64,000 nucleotides of DNA from an uncultured delta proteobacterium (lineage in GTDB: Bacteria; Desulfobacterota; Binatia; HRBIN30; BPIQ01), in NCBI GenBank assembly GCA_963761335.1, contig CAVXGR010000007.1:1-64000 (forward strand), read 5' to 3'. A program made the translations under genes and the position numbers. Of the stretch, positions 21,401 through 29,776 are shown one piece after another. Within the stretch, counting starts at the first letter, position 1. Each line of letters starts with the position of its first letter. The notes under the pieces were generated by a model. It searched no databases. It was not told the DNA's origin and was given only the letters and a program-made list of their open reading frames with translations.

Positions 21401-21666
21401 AACACCGAACGGATGATCTGCACCCAGGGCCAGAAGGCCGGTGCCCCGTCTCCTTCGTAGCATCGGCCCCAGAACACGCAGGCACCGCGTTTGCGCGCGT
21501 ACGCGGCGACCTCTTCCGCCGTGCGCGTCTTGCCGATGCCCGGTTCGCCGGAGAGCAAAAGCAATCCCCCACGTCCGGCGCAGGCGTCGTCGGCCGCGTT
21601 GCGGAGGGTCGCCAACTCTTCCGAGCGGCCGACGTACCCATCGCCGATTGGAGACCTGCTTGCCAC
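15469..21666 (-). CDS. 2065-aa protein with two tandem AAA_16/STAND ATPase-TPR modules and a C-terminal output domain
   Basis: Module 1: YVGR, GEPGIGKT, IILDDLQGAD, TEGNPLF. Module 2: FVGRE, GAPGMGKT, VVVVDDLHGAD, TEGNPLF. C-terminus REGPYWT..IRTGYVCVYQPD. Confidence 0.9.
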   Translation of the reverse strand: MASRSPIGDGYVGRSEELATLRNAADDACAGRGGLLLLSGEPGIGKTRTAEEVAAYARKRGACVFWGRCYEGDGAPAFWPWVQIIRSVFEKVDTTELRLLLAASGPDIAQFVPELRERLPELRSTPVPDREQARERIFDSIGRLLTHLSQEHPLVIILDDLQGADLPSALLAQFMARLLAQQSATRLLLVIACRTAALTAPTPLGDVLAGLTQPNGHGHLPLGGLTPVEVARFIEIRTGAAPPPEVAAHMYRVTEGNPLFLREFAQLMERDGQWPENGSELSLPATVSTVISQRLGALSPPCREVLAAAAVLGRDFRATIAGDVVSLDSPAAPIAERLDEGVQHQLIAVTDNPAVYRFSHALIREKLYAELSPERRQRFHRRAGEALERSPEIGELLTEVAHHFLAAGTAPDLRKAVVYMQRAAERGLALLAYEEALRLAELGIATLDRLDERQDLSRCELLLTLAHAQKGAADTATARATFDRAVALARSLGTPDLFARAVLGTRWVLDLANADAGKIRLLEEAIEAVGPDDSVLRAKLLAALADELLASPDVEIFTRSAELSREAVAVARRVGDPQGLSVALETWISCACLPENLDERLAAVSELVALGETQRSTEIAAKASRLRLGCLFDLGDVAGAERELEHLTRCAATLHLAQWQYWIPYWRATLSTFRGRFADAERFAREALEMGQRAKEPRAAQMYPIQMGFPRLLQGRLSSDGGIATGQPAVDMAWNWGARTALIHLALALGDEDSARAQFEACAANDFTDISRTNRLLALAVLSEFAAHFHDARRAALLYPRLLPFKTRNVPDPSWGSVARFVGLTAATLGRLDEAARHFDDAIAHNSRMGARPHLALTQTDLARILLQRNAPGDRTQAAALLHAALRTARELGMNPLVAKLQALQEHHRLTAIPLPEPPSSPHLPSGGPTASTSWPSMVSAPGFRARHFVGREREMATLRAGLDDALAGRGRLMLLGGAPGMGKTRTAEEIAAHARARGAAVLWGRCYEGEGAPAFWPWVQVLRDGLTHFENEALRSALGADAAELALIVPRLRERWPDLPQRVVSDSPEARFQLFQSVAQFLAKLAQKAPLVVVVDDLHGADHSSLLLLEFLARGLRELPLLILATHRDVGVRREHPLTQTLVDVAREPGTERLVLRGLSPNEIAEFIRSTTGVEPAPALVDRLHERTEGNPLFAGEFVRVLLDEGRLDSGADRGWSVAVPGNVQAVIERRLAPLSGACREVLRVAAVIGRDFRLDVLQSAVAGGTSAGQPPVSTTELLAEAEAAQVIDGLDGSGRCRFAHALIREMLFEELGASRRQQLHRAVGESIERRFGADEALTELAYHSFEGGEDEKAVTHAQRAGDRALRLLAYEEAARLYRLGLDASSRAAQDAAPDGGRHDRRRCELLLGLGEALNGAGQTAQSKETVLEAADIARRLGLREHLSRAALGFGVQFAHGEEGVTDQTQVSLLEESIEQWGAEDSALHARLLGRLATTLLFRPASERRAVLSDRAVAMARRTNDRNALAFTLNAQHVAGWGPGNQAERVAMATELAQLARQTGDRHLLFQAHFWRANDALELGDSDAFDIDLDACARLAEELRQPYHAFHVELFQAARATIAGRFDEAQRLAAAAETSGMKWHETAAAQFSSVHTLNFALLTGAPLDGFVVFLEAAIAQHLEVPGLRSFLARIYAELGRETPARREFDQLAAANFADCPRDGNLLPTLACLSATCVFLGDTERAATLYDCLAPYSDRAAVLTNVGAYFGCGAYHLGGLAATMSRWDDAVRHFRDAIAFDSRMRARPHLALTQHAYASALLARGQAGDRIRAEELLRTAAATAQELGMKSLTERVQALMTGGGGRPAESGTEGLPQTAIRDRPSGIEAILRREGPYWTLAFAGTVSRLKDSRGLQYLVQLLQRPGQEVLALDLGQGPSASGRASGSRDGGPVLDSQARAEYRKRLEEVREELAEAEEHHDLGRAEAAQAEMEFISRELVAAVGLGGAARAVGSDAERARSTVTKGIKSAIAAIRAADPGAGRHLGRSIRTGYVCVYQPDPDDHVTWQV

Positions 21667-21733
21667 CGTGCGTGTCTGCGCCCCTACTAGCGCCAGAACG
21701 CGTTTTTGCGCAAGCAGAGTCCAAGGTCCGGCA

Positions 21734-21995
21734 CTGTCCTAGCTTGCCGGTCCGACTCTGCAATTATCTCCCGCCCGCCTCGCGCAAGGGTCTCCTCTCC
21801 CCGCATTCTTTTCGCGGGGAGAGGATCAAGGTGAGGGGCTTCCTCCTCACTGAAAGTTCACGATCTCTGCGGCGTTCAAGAAAATCGGAACCCTCACCCT
21901 GCCCCTCTCCCGCGAACCAATGCGGGAGAGGGAACCGGCGCCCGCAGCGGCGTGAAAATCGACGGGCAGTCGTTGTCAATGGGGTGCATTGCTGA
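21734..21995. mobile_element. MITE-like element with REP-like hairpins, copy 1 (right end degenerate)
   Basis: Inverted homolog of 22931-23200; two CCTCTCCC..GGGAGAGG hairpins. Confidence 0.65.
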
Positions 21996-22039
21996 CCTGA
22001 AGCGCTGCGGCATCGAACCTCGCCTCGCGACAATCGCCG

Positions 22040-22789
22040 TCAAATCCGCATGACGCCGCGGTGCGGGGTGGTCGTCCCGCAGCTCTCCGCCATGAGGGGC
22101 GCCCCCATCTCGGCGAGCACCTCGCGGTGCCGCGGGATCGGCGTGCGCAGCAAGCGATCCTCGTACGGTTTGAGCCGCTCGAAGCACTCGAGCCCGAGCA
22201 CCCGCTGCACGAACGCCGCCGTCCGCGGCCAGCGGCCGGCGGCGACCTGATAGCGGGCGAAGCTCGCGTTGCGGAAGAAGACAGCGATACCGATGTCGGC
22301 GACCGAGACGTCGCCGAAGAGGAAGCCCTGCGCCGGCAGCTCCGCCTCCAGGTAGTCGAGCACCCGCGGGATCTCCTCCGTCAGCGTCCTGTGCAACGCC
22401 GTCTCGTCCGTCTTCTGGCCCCACACGAACGGGTTGATGGCGACCTGATTGAACAGCTGCCAGATGAACACGTCGCCCATGCGGGTGTCGGCAAACTCCT
22501 CCAGCCAGCGGGCCCGCGCCCGTTGCACGATGTCCCGCGGATAGAGCGCCGGCGCCGGATGACGCTCCTCCAGGTATTCGCAGATCACCGTGGAGTCGGC
22601 GAGCGTCACCTGATCATCGATCAGCACTGGGATGCGCCGGACAGGGCTGAGCTGCGAGAAGCGCTCGTCACCCATGAAGGGAATGATCGGATCGATCTCG
22701 TACGCGATGCCCTTGAGATGGAGCACCACCAGCACCTTGCGGACGTAGGGAGAGAGATAGCTGCCGATGATCTTGACCGGAGTCGCCAT
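22040..22789 (-). CDS. Glutathione S-transferase family protein
   Basis: SPYVRKV, RIPVL, LADSTVICEYLEE and SVADI motifs. Confidence 0.9.
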   Translation of the reverse strand: MATPVKIIGSYLSPYVRKVLVVLHLKGIAYEIDPIIPFMGDERFSQLSPVRRIPVLIDDQVTLADSTVICEYLEERHPAPALYPRDIVQRARARWLEEFADTRMGDVFIWQLFNQVAINPFVWGQKTDETALHRTLTEEIPRVLDYLEAELPAQGFLFGDVSVADIGIAVFFRNASFARYQVAAGRWPRTAAFVQRVLGLECFERLKPYEDRLLRTPIPRHREVLAEMGAPLMAESCGTTTPHRGVMRI

Positions 22790-22930
22790 GGTCGCCTCGC
22801 AGGGGTCGCAGCCTGCCGCCGATCCGCGGGACGGTCAACCTCGCATCCGCGCAAAGGGACAGTGCCCTCGGGCGCCGGCCGGTAATCTGTGCGATCATCG
22901 CCGCGCTCTCGCTCTCTGCTTTCCATGGTA

Positions 22931-23200
22931 CTGTCCTAAGTCAGGGAACATGCCCCATTGACAACGACTGCTGTTGTCTTCACGACGGTGCGAGCGCGGG
23001 TTCCCTCTCCCGCATCTTCTCGCGGGAGAGGGTCAGGGTGAGGGTGCCGATCTCTTTGAACGTCGCAGAAATCATAGACTTTCAGTGAGAAAGGGACCCC
23101 TCACCTTGATCCTCTCCCCGCGGAAAGAATGCGGGGAGAGGAGACCTTTCCCCGAGCCGGGGAAGCACAACAGAAAGGTCGGATCGGCAATTTAGGACAC
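22931..23200. mobile_element. MITE-like element, copy 2
   Basis: Terminal inverted repeats CTGTCCTAA..TTAGGACAC; preceded by GGTA. Confidence 0.7.
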
Positions 23201-23359
23201 CACCCTTTCCATCTGTCAATTTGACATCGCCATCAGCTCGCGCGAGACAGGGAAGCGATGCGCGAGCCAGCTGGTATTGTCCTTCGCAGTATCAAGGGCC
23301 GATTCATGAAGCGGGGGCATGCGGCACGTGGGTCTGACGGCTCGTCTCGACCCCGGTCG

Positions 23360-26300
23360 ATGCTTCGCCTGGCGGCCGCCCGTGTGGTGCGAGCCGCGGC
23401 GACGCTCCTGGCGGGAATTGCGCTTCTGGCAGGGTGCGACGGCGGTGGCGGCGCGACCGGCGTCAACGACACCGGTCTGCCGGCGAACCCGGCGGAGTGG
23501 GTGTGCCAGCAATCTCTGACGACGGCCACGCAGGCGGAGATCGACGCCTGGTGCGCGGCGCATCCCGACCGAGGCGACCCGCTGCCCGACGCCCTGCGGA
23601 ACCCCCCGCCACTCTCCGAGTTGGAGGCGAAGAACGCCTACGACACCGCCCTCGAGGTCTTCGTCAAGGCGGAGGCCTACAAGGACGACCTCGGCTGGCT
23701 CGGGGATCCGCACTGGCGCTTCACCGGACCCTATGTCGGCGCCATCGGCAGCGGCGCCAACTTCGGCACCCATCTGCCGGTCCGCGTCTTCTACTCGCCG
23801 GAGGTCGTAGACTGGCTGTGTGGCGGCCGGCAGGGCGAGCTGCCCGACGGGGCGATGATCATCAAGGAGATGCACCTGATCGACGACAATCTCGACGTCA
23901 CCACCGACGGCGAGGGATGTATGACGATCAATGCCGACGTGAAGCCGGAGGCGTGGGCGATGATGATCAAGAACGGCGCCAATTCCTACGACCGCTGGTA
24001 CTGGCCCCTGATGCAACGCGAGCAGTTTCCCCTCTACCCGGAGGAGCGGGTGGATCCGCCGGTGGTCGACCTCAGCGCCTTCTCCGCCCGCTCGGCCGCC
24101 GATGATGCCGCGTCGCGCACCAGCCCCGATCCGCTCTGGTATCCGACAGGATACGACGGCACCAACGCCGCCAAGATCCCAAACGTGATCACGCCGCAGA
24201 ACCAATACGGCGCCTTCTGCATGGGCTGCCATTCGTCCGCGGAGCAGCAATCGACGTTCGCCTCACTGGACAACCTCATGGGGCGCGAGATCCGGTACAA
24301 ACGGTTCGAGTCGAACGGCGGCGTCGCCGAGGCCGACAGCGGCGGCATCCACGTTCTTCAGTTCGATGCGCCGGCGACGACCCCTACCCCCGGCGAGGAG
24401 GGCTTCGACACTCCGTTCACCGTGCCCCTGGCCGCGGCCGATCCCGACTTTCTCTCCTATTACGATCAACTGTCGGAGGTGAGCTTCACCGACGCGTGGC
24501 AGCTGCGCCTGCCGGCGCAGACCTACGATCACGTGCTCTCGACCCCGGACGGTCCCACGTCGTTTCTCACCGCGGACCAGTGCGCTCCGTGCCACGATAC
24601 GCTCAAGTACCTGTCGAGCGAGTCCAACATGCTGCTCACCGCCGAGCGTGACGGGACGACGCAGCGCTTCAATCTCTCGCCGTACGGCGAGTGGAACGTC
24701 TCTCCGATGGGACTGGCGGGGCGCGATCCGATCTTCTTCGCCCAGTTGGAGAGCGAGACCAACCGCCTGCCGGATCTCGCCGAGTGTATCGAGAACACCT
24801 GCCTCCACTGCCACGCCATCATGGGCCAGCGGCAGCTCGCCGCCGATACGCCGGACCAGGCCAATGACGCGTGCCGCGCGCTGTTCGGCGTGACTCCTCC
24901 CGACGGCGTGCCGTTCGGCAAGTCGTTGCGCCTCGACGTGTTGACCGAATGGCCGGGCGGCGACGAGAGGACGGAGCAGAAGTATGCGGCGCTGGCCCGC
25001 GACGGCATCTCGTGTACCGTCTGCCATCGGGTTACCGGCGAGGCGCTGGGCGCGGAGAGCAGCTTCACCGGCAACTTCGTCACCGGCCCTTTGGACGAGA
25101 TCTACGGACCGTACCAGGAGGTGGCGAAGAAGCCGATGCAGAACGCCCTCGGCCTCACGCCACAGAGCGGCGACCAGATCAACGATGCCGATCTGTGCGG
25201 CAGCTGCCACAACATCCTCCTGCCCGTGTTCACCAACGACGGAACCCCGTCCGGCTTCCGCTACGAGCAGACGACGCATCTGGAGTGGCTCAACAGCGAC
25301 TACGCGCCCGGCCGCCCCTTGGCACAGACGTGCCAGGGCTGCCACATGCCCGGCACCTTCGAAGGAAAAGATCTCTCCTTCGAGGTGGCGAACTTCGAGT
25401 CGAACGAGTTCCCGCCAACCACGTATCGCCTGCCCGACGACGAGATCACCGCCGCCGTACGCGACGACTACGGGCGGCATTCGCTGCAGGGACTGAACCT
25501 CTTCCTGAATGAAATGGTCCAGCAGTTTCCGTTGCTGCTCGGCTTCCGTCAGGCCGAGCGCTTCACCAGGACGAATCTCGACTATCCGCCGCTGTTGCTG
25601 GCGCGGGATTCGATCGTCGACATGGCGCAGAACCGCACGGCGACGGTGGAGATCCGCTCTCTGCAGACCACGCCGGACGGGCTGCGGCTGGTGGCGCGGG
25701 TCACGAATCGCACCGGCCACTACCTGCCCTCGGGCGTCGGCTTCCGGCGCCTCCTCCTCGAGGTCGTGGTGCGCGACGCGGCTGGCGGCATTCTCTGGGC
25801 CTCGGGGCGAACCAACCAGCTCGGCGCTATCGTTGCCGGCGCAACCGACCAGGTGCTGGAAACCGAGCAGCCGCTGCGCTTTCCGCAGCCGGGGTACCAG
25901 CCGCACTATCAGGCCATCACCCGGCAGGATCAGGCGCAGGTCTATCAGGAGGTTGTCGAGGACTCCGACGGCAACCCGACGACGAGCTTCCTGCGACGCT
26001 TCAAAGAGGTGAAGGACAACCGCATCCGGCCCGAGGGATATGATCCCAGGTTCTACACGCAGTTCGCCTCGGCCTACATCCGGGCTCTGGCGGAGACACC
26101 CGGAGCCGCCGCCGGCGATCCGGACTACATCGATCCGCGGCGCACTGGCGCCGACGAGATCGAGTACGACGTGTCACTCGATGCCTCGGCGCAGGAGCAT
26201 GCTGACAGCGTCGCCGTGACACTCTACGACCAGGCGATTCCGCCGTCGTACCTCGCCGAGCGCTTCCACGATGCGAGCGGAGGCGCAGCCCAGAGCCAGG

Positions 26301-26422
26301 CGCGGCGCCTCTACTACATGACCAGCCATTTCAATACCGACACCGCCACCGGGGACGGCGACCCCGGCTTGCGGGGCTGGAAGCTCCTGGTCGCCAGTGA
26401 CCAGTCCTCTGTGATCAAGTAA
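23360..26422 (+). CDS. Multiheme c-type cytochrome lipoprotein with an N-terminal cytochrome P460-like domain
   Basis: Lipobox LLAGC; six CxxCH (CMGCH, CAPCH, CLHCH, CTVCH, CGSCH, CQGCH); LPDGAMIIKE..WYW before the first heme. Start could be 23258, 23306 or 23360. Confidence 0.85.
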   Translation: MLRLAAARVVRAAATLLAGIALLAGCDGGGGATGVNDTGLPANPAEWVCQQSLTTATQAEIDAWCAAHPDRGDPLPDALRNPPPLSELEAKNAYDTALEVFVKAEAYKDDLGWLGDPHWRFTGPYVGAIGSGANFGTHLPVRVFYSPEVVDWLCGGRQGELPDGAMIIKEMHLIDDNLDVTTDGEGCMTINADVKPEAWAMMIKNGANSYDRWYWPLMQREQFPLYPEERVDPPVVDLSAFSARSAADDAASRTSPDPLWYPTGYDGTNAAKIPNVITPQNQYGAFCMGCHSSAEQQSTFASLDNLMGREIRYKRFESNGGVAEADSGGIHVLQFDAPATTPTPGEEGFDTPFTVPLAAADPDFLSYYDQLSEVSFTDAWQLRLPAQTYDHVLSTPDGPTSFLTADQCAPCHDTLKYLSSESNMLLTAERDGTTQRFNLSPYGEWNVSPMGLAGRDPIFFAQLESETNRLPDLAECIENTCLHCHAIMGQRQLAADTPDQANDACRALFGVTPPDGVPFGKSLRLDVLTEWPGGDERTEQKYAALARDGISCTVCHRVTGEALGAESSFTGNFVTGPLDEIYGPYQEVAKKPMQNALGLTPQSGDQINDADLCGSCHNILLPVFTNDGTPSGFRYEQTTHLEWLNSDYAPGRPLAQTCQGCHMPGTFEGKDLSFEVANFESNEFPPTTYRLPDDEITAAVRDDYGRHSLQGLNLFLNEMVQQFPLLLGFRQAERFTRTNLDYPPLLLARDSIVDMAQNRTATVEIRSLQTTPDGLRLVARVTNRTGHYLPSGVGFRRLLLEVVVRDAAGGILWASGRTNQLGAIVAGATDQVLETEQPLRFPQPGYQPHYQAITRQDQAQVYQEVVEDSDGNPTTSFLRRFKEVKDNRIRPEGYDPRFYTQFASAYIRALAETPGAAAGDPDYIDPRRTGADEIEYDVSLDASAQEHADSVAVTLYDQAIPPSYLAERFHDASGGAAQSQARRLYYMTSHFNTDTATGDGDPGLRGWKLLVASDQSSVIK

Positions 26423-26428
26423 TCGGTA

Positions 26429-26565
26429 GTGTCTCAGTTTGATTCCGACGCACGGGCGCGAGGTCCCTCTCCCCGCAATTCCGCGGGGAGAGGTCACCCC
26501 TGCCCCTCTCCCGCAGGCAATGCGGGAGAGGGTGACGCCGAACGGCCCGAAATGAATTGAGGCAC
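26429..26565. mobile_element. Short MITE-like element, copy 3, flanked by TA
   Basis: TA-GTGTCTCAGTT..AATTGAGGCAC-TA with internal REP-like hairpins. Confidence 0.7.
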
Positions 26566-26615
26566 TACCAAGTAATCAGCAAATGATACCCGACCACTGA
26601 CAACCGATCACTGAT

Positions 26616-27386
26616 TCAATAGGTATCCGGCCGGATGAGCGCGTCGGAGCCGCCGTCGACGAAGAGCACGCTGCCGCAGCAGAAGGACGACTCGGGGCCG
26701 AGCAGGAACGCGATCGCATCGGCAATCTGCTCCGGGCGGCCGAAGGCGCCGAGCGGCACCGGGAAGTTGCGGATTGCATCGCCGTAAAGCGGGTCGTCGA
26801 GCCCTTCCTGGAGCAGCGGGGTCAGAGTCGCTCCCGGGGCGATGGCGTTCAGGCGAACGCCGGCCCCGGCCCACTCGGGTTTTGGCGCCTGGCGACGCAC
26901 CCAGCGGGCGAGCGCGAGCTTCGAGCCGGCGTAGACCTGCGTTCCGCCGAGGTCCGCGGCGAGCCCCCGCGCTCTTACCTCGTCGCCCTCCAGGCACGCG
27001 GCGACCAGTGGCGTCTCCATGTTGGGGATCGTCGACGAGTTCGAGGAGACGGCCACGGCGGCCGACGGCGCGGCGGCGGCGAGACAGTCGCGCAGTCCTT
27101 CGAGCAGCGCGGCGGCGCCGAAGTAGTTGACGGCGACGATCTGCGGGCGATCGGCGCACTGCGGGCCGACACCGGCGCAGGCCACCAGCCCGTCGAGCTT
27201 GCCGCCGGTGCGTTCCCGCACCTCGGTCACCGCGGTGCGCCGGCCGTGCGGCGTCGACAGGTCCACCGCGATCTCGACGCCGCGCAGGTCGATCCCCAGG
27301 ACCTGGTGTCCCGCCTGCTCGAGCCGTTGGCGCGCCGCCCGTCCGATGCCCGATGCCGCCCCGCTGATCGCCACTACTCCCATCAT
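26616..27386 (-). CDS. SDR oxidoreductase (3-alpha-hydroxysteroid dehydrogenase-like)
   Basis: GAASGIG, VNYFG, YAGSK, LNAIAPG and VDGG motifs. Confidence 0.9.
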   Translation of the reverse strand: MMGVVAISGAASGIGRAARQRLEQAGHQVLGIDLRGVEIAVDLSTPHGRRTAVTEVRERTGGKLDGLVACAGVGPQCADRPQIVAVNYFGAAALLEGLRDCLAAAAPSAAVAVSSNSSTIPNMETPLVAACLEGDEVRARGLAADLGGTQVYAGSKLALARWVRRQAPKPEWAGAGVRLNAIAPGATLTPLLQEGLDDPLYGDAIRNFPVPLGAFGRPEQIADAIAFLLGPESSFCCGSVLFVDGGSDALIRPDTY

Positions 27387-27549
27387 CGCTCCTTCGTTTG
27401 CGGGCTGAAGAAGGTCGCGTTCACCCGTCGGCAGAACATATCGCCGCGGGCGGCTCCGGCCAAGCCGCGGAGCAGGGACGAGCGTTGTGTTTGCGGCACG
27501 CAGGAGGATACCTCAGAAGGAGAGCTTCGAGGAGATCAAAGGACGGGCG

Positions 27550-28134
27550 ATGAGCGACTTCCAGCACTGCGAGTCCTGCCACACCGAGTTTGTCGCCGGC
27601 ATCTCCGCCTGCACCGACTGTGGCGGACCGCTCGCGCCCGGTCCGCTTCCCGAGCAGCCTGCCAAGGCGCACCAAGCCACTGTCACCGGCGAAGACGAAT
27701 ATCACTACAATCGCCTGCTCGCCCGCCTCCCCGGCGCACAGGCGGACGTCGTGGCGAAGGTGCTCAACCTCGCGGGTATCCCCTGCCTGCTCGAGTGCGA
27801 GGACATCCGCCGCCTCTGCCTTCCCGACTACGACCACGACCACGGCGAGCCACTCGCCGTCACCCTGCCGGTATCAATCTACGTGGACGCCGAGTGCGAG
27901 CGGGAGGCAAAAGACCTGCTCGACTCGATGTGGACCGATGTCATCGGTGACCAGTGGAGAGAGGAGCCGCAGGTAGAAGACGCCGAGGAAGGTGTCGAGA
28001 CCGAAGCCCAGCTTGATCGCGTACAGACCGAGTCCAGCAACCTACCTGAGCTGCGCACCGAGAGTACCACCTGGCGTGCCATCGCCATCATCGCTGCCGG
28101 GTTGTTTGTACTTCTGATGCTGCTCAATCGCTGA
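27550..28134 (+). CDS. Hypothetical protein with an N-terminal zinc ribbon, a DUF2007-like domain and a C-terminal TM helix
   Basis: CESC..CTDCGGPL; VAKVLNLAGIPC; hydrophobic C-terminus. Confidence 0.7.
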   Translation: MSDFQHCESCHTEFVAGISACTDCGGPLAPGPLPEQPAKAHQATVTGEDEYHYNRLLARLPGAQADVVAKVLNLAGIPCLLECEDIRRLCLPDYDHDHGEPLAVTLPVSIYVDAECEREAKDLLDSMWTDVIGDQWREEPQVEDAEEGVETEAQLDRVQTESSNLPELRTESTTWRAIAIIAAGLFVLLMLLNR

Positions 28135-28197
28135 GCGGGATTTTAGCTCCGGGATGCTCCGGGTCGGACCTCTGCAAGCACTGGACATCTGGATAGT

Positions 28198-29499
28198 TTA
28201 CCTCGGATTCGAGGCTGATTTCGCGCTTAGCCCGGCCATTTTGGCGTCCGAAGGTGGCTGTAAGGAAACGGAACCTTCGAAGACGGTCGAACGCATCGCG
28301 CGCTTGCATCCCCCTGCACCGATCCGCCCCCGCTGATCAATGTTCCGCAAGGAACAGTGCTGTCGAACAGACAGCGACCTTCTTTCCTTAGAATGCCAAT
28401 TTCGACGCTGAAATTGCACCTCTAGCAGGATCCTGAAAAACCCGGCGAATGATGATAAGAGGTGGCCCGCGGAGGAGGTGTAGATCGGATCGCCGAAGTA
28501 CTCGATGTTGGAGACGTCCCTGGTTTCCTTCGGTGTTGCGGTGAGGCCGATCTGTGTGGCGGACGAGAAGTATTCGAGCACCTTGCGCCAGGCCGCATCA
28601 TCGGCCGCACTTCCGCGGTGACACTCGTCGACGATGACGAGGTCGAAGAAGTCCGGGGAGAACTGCTTGTAGATGTTCTGCTCCTCCTCCGTTCCCGTGA
28701 CCGCCTGATACAGCGACAGGTAGATTTCGAACGCCTTGTCCACCGTCCGGTTGGTGATCTTGGTCATCGCCTGACCGAACGGCTTGAAGTCGTTGGTCTT
28801 GGTCTGGTCGGCGAGGATGTTGCGGTCGACGAGGAACAGGATGCGCTTCTTTGCGCCCGACTTCCAAAGCCGCCAGATGATCTGGAACGCGGTGTAGGTC
28901 TTGCCCGTGCCGGTAGCCATCACCAGCAGGATGCGGTTCTCGCCGCGGGCAATGGCCTCTACGGTGCGGTTGATCGCGACCAGCTGGTAGTAGCGCGGTG
29001 TCTTACCGGAAACATCGTCGTAGTAGTCCTGCGCCGTCACCACTTCTTGTGCGGGGGTGTAGCCCTTGGCAGCTCGGTAGCGCGCCCAAAGGTCCTCAGG
29101 TGACGGGAAGCGATCGAGCGCGATCTCCCTTTCGACTGCGCCGCCGGTTCCAGTTCTGTCGTGTTCCAGGAAGGCGTCGCCATTGGAGCTGTAGGCAAAC
29201 GGGACGTCGAGGATCTCGGCGTACTCGAGCGCCTGCTGCATGCCGGCGCCGACGGCGTGGTTGTTGTCCTTCGCTTCGATGACGGCGATCGGGATGCCCG
29301 GCTTGTAGTAGAGAAGGTAGTCGGCCTTCTTCGCTTCGCCGCGCTCGACCGTCTTGCCGCGAACGATGACACGACCCTTGGTGAAGTAGATTTCCTCCCG
29401 AAGCTGGGTCATCACGTCCCACTTGCCGTCCGGGGCGACGAGTGCGGGGGTGATGAACTTCGTGCGGATGTCCGCTTCGGTGAGCTCCTTCTTGTTCAT
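28198..29499 (-). pseudogene. hsdR: Type I restriction endonuclease subunit R (EcoAI-like), 3'-truncated
   Basis: [37 protein letters not shown] and GLTATP; similarity stops after EYFGDPIYT (~28478). Confidence 0.85.
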
Positions 29500-29776
29500 T
29501 GGCGTGATGCCATGGACGCCGAATGAACCCTGAACGGGCCAACGCAAGCGAGGTTGGCCGGTTTCATCACCTCCGGCAAGCCAGACTGCCAGCGCGTGAG
29601 CATGGATGCTGTCTAGCGCAACCCGATCTCGAGGTCGACCAGTTGGGCGGCCCGTTCAGACGCTGCGCAGAGCCTCATTTTCGGGGTTGACACTCGAGCC
29701 TCGGCGAGCGTACCCTCGGCTCTAGACTCGCGGAGGGGTCGGGTTTTCCTGGGGACCGGAAGGGGGAGGGAAACCG

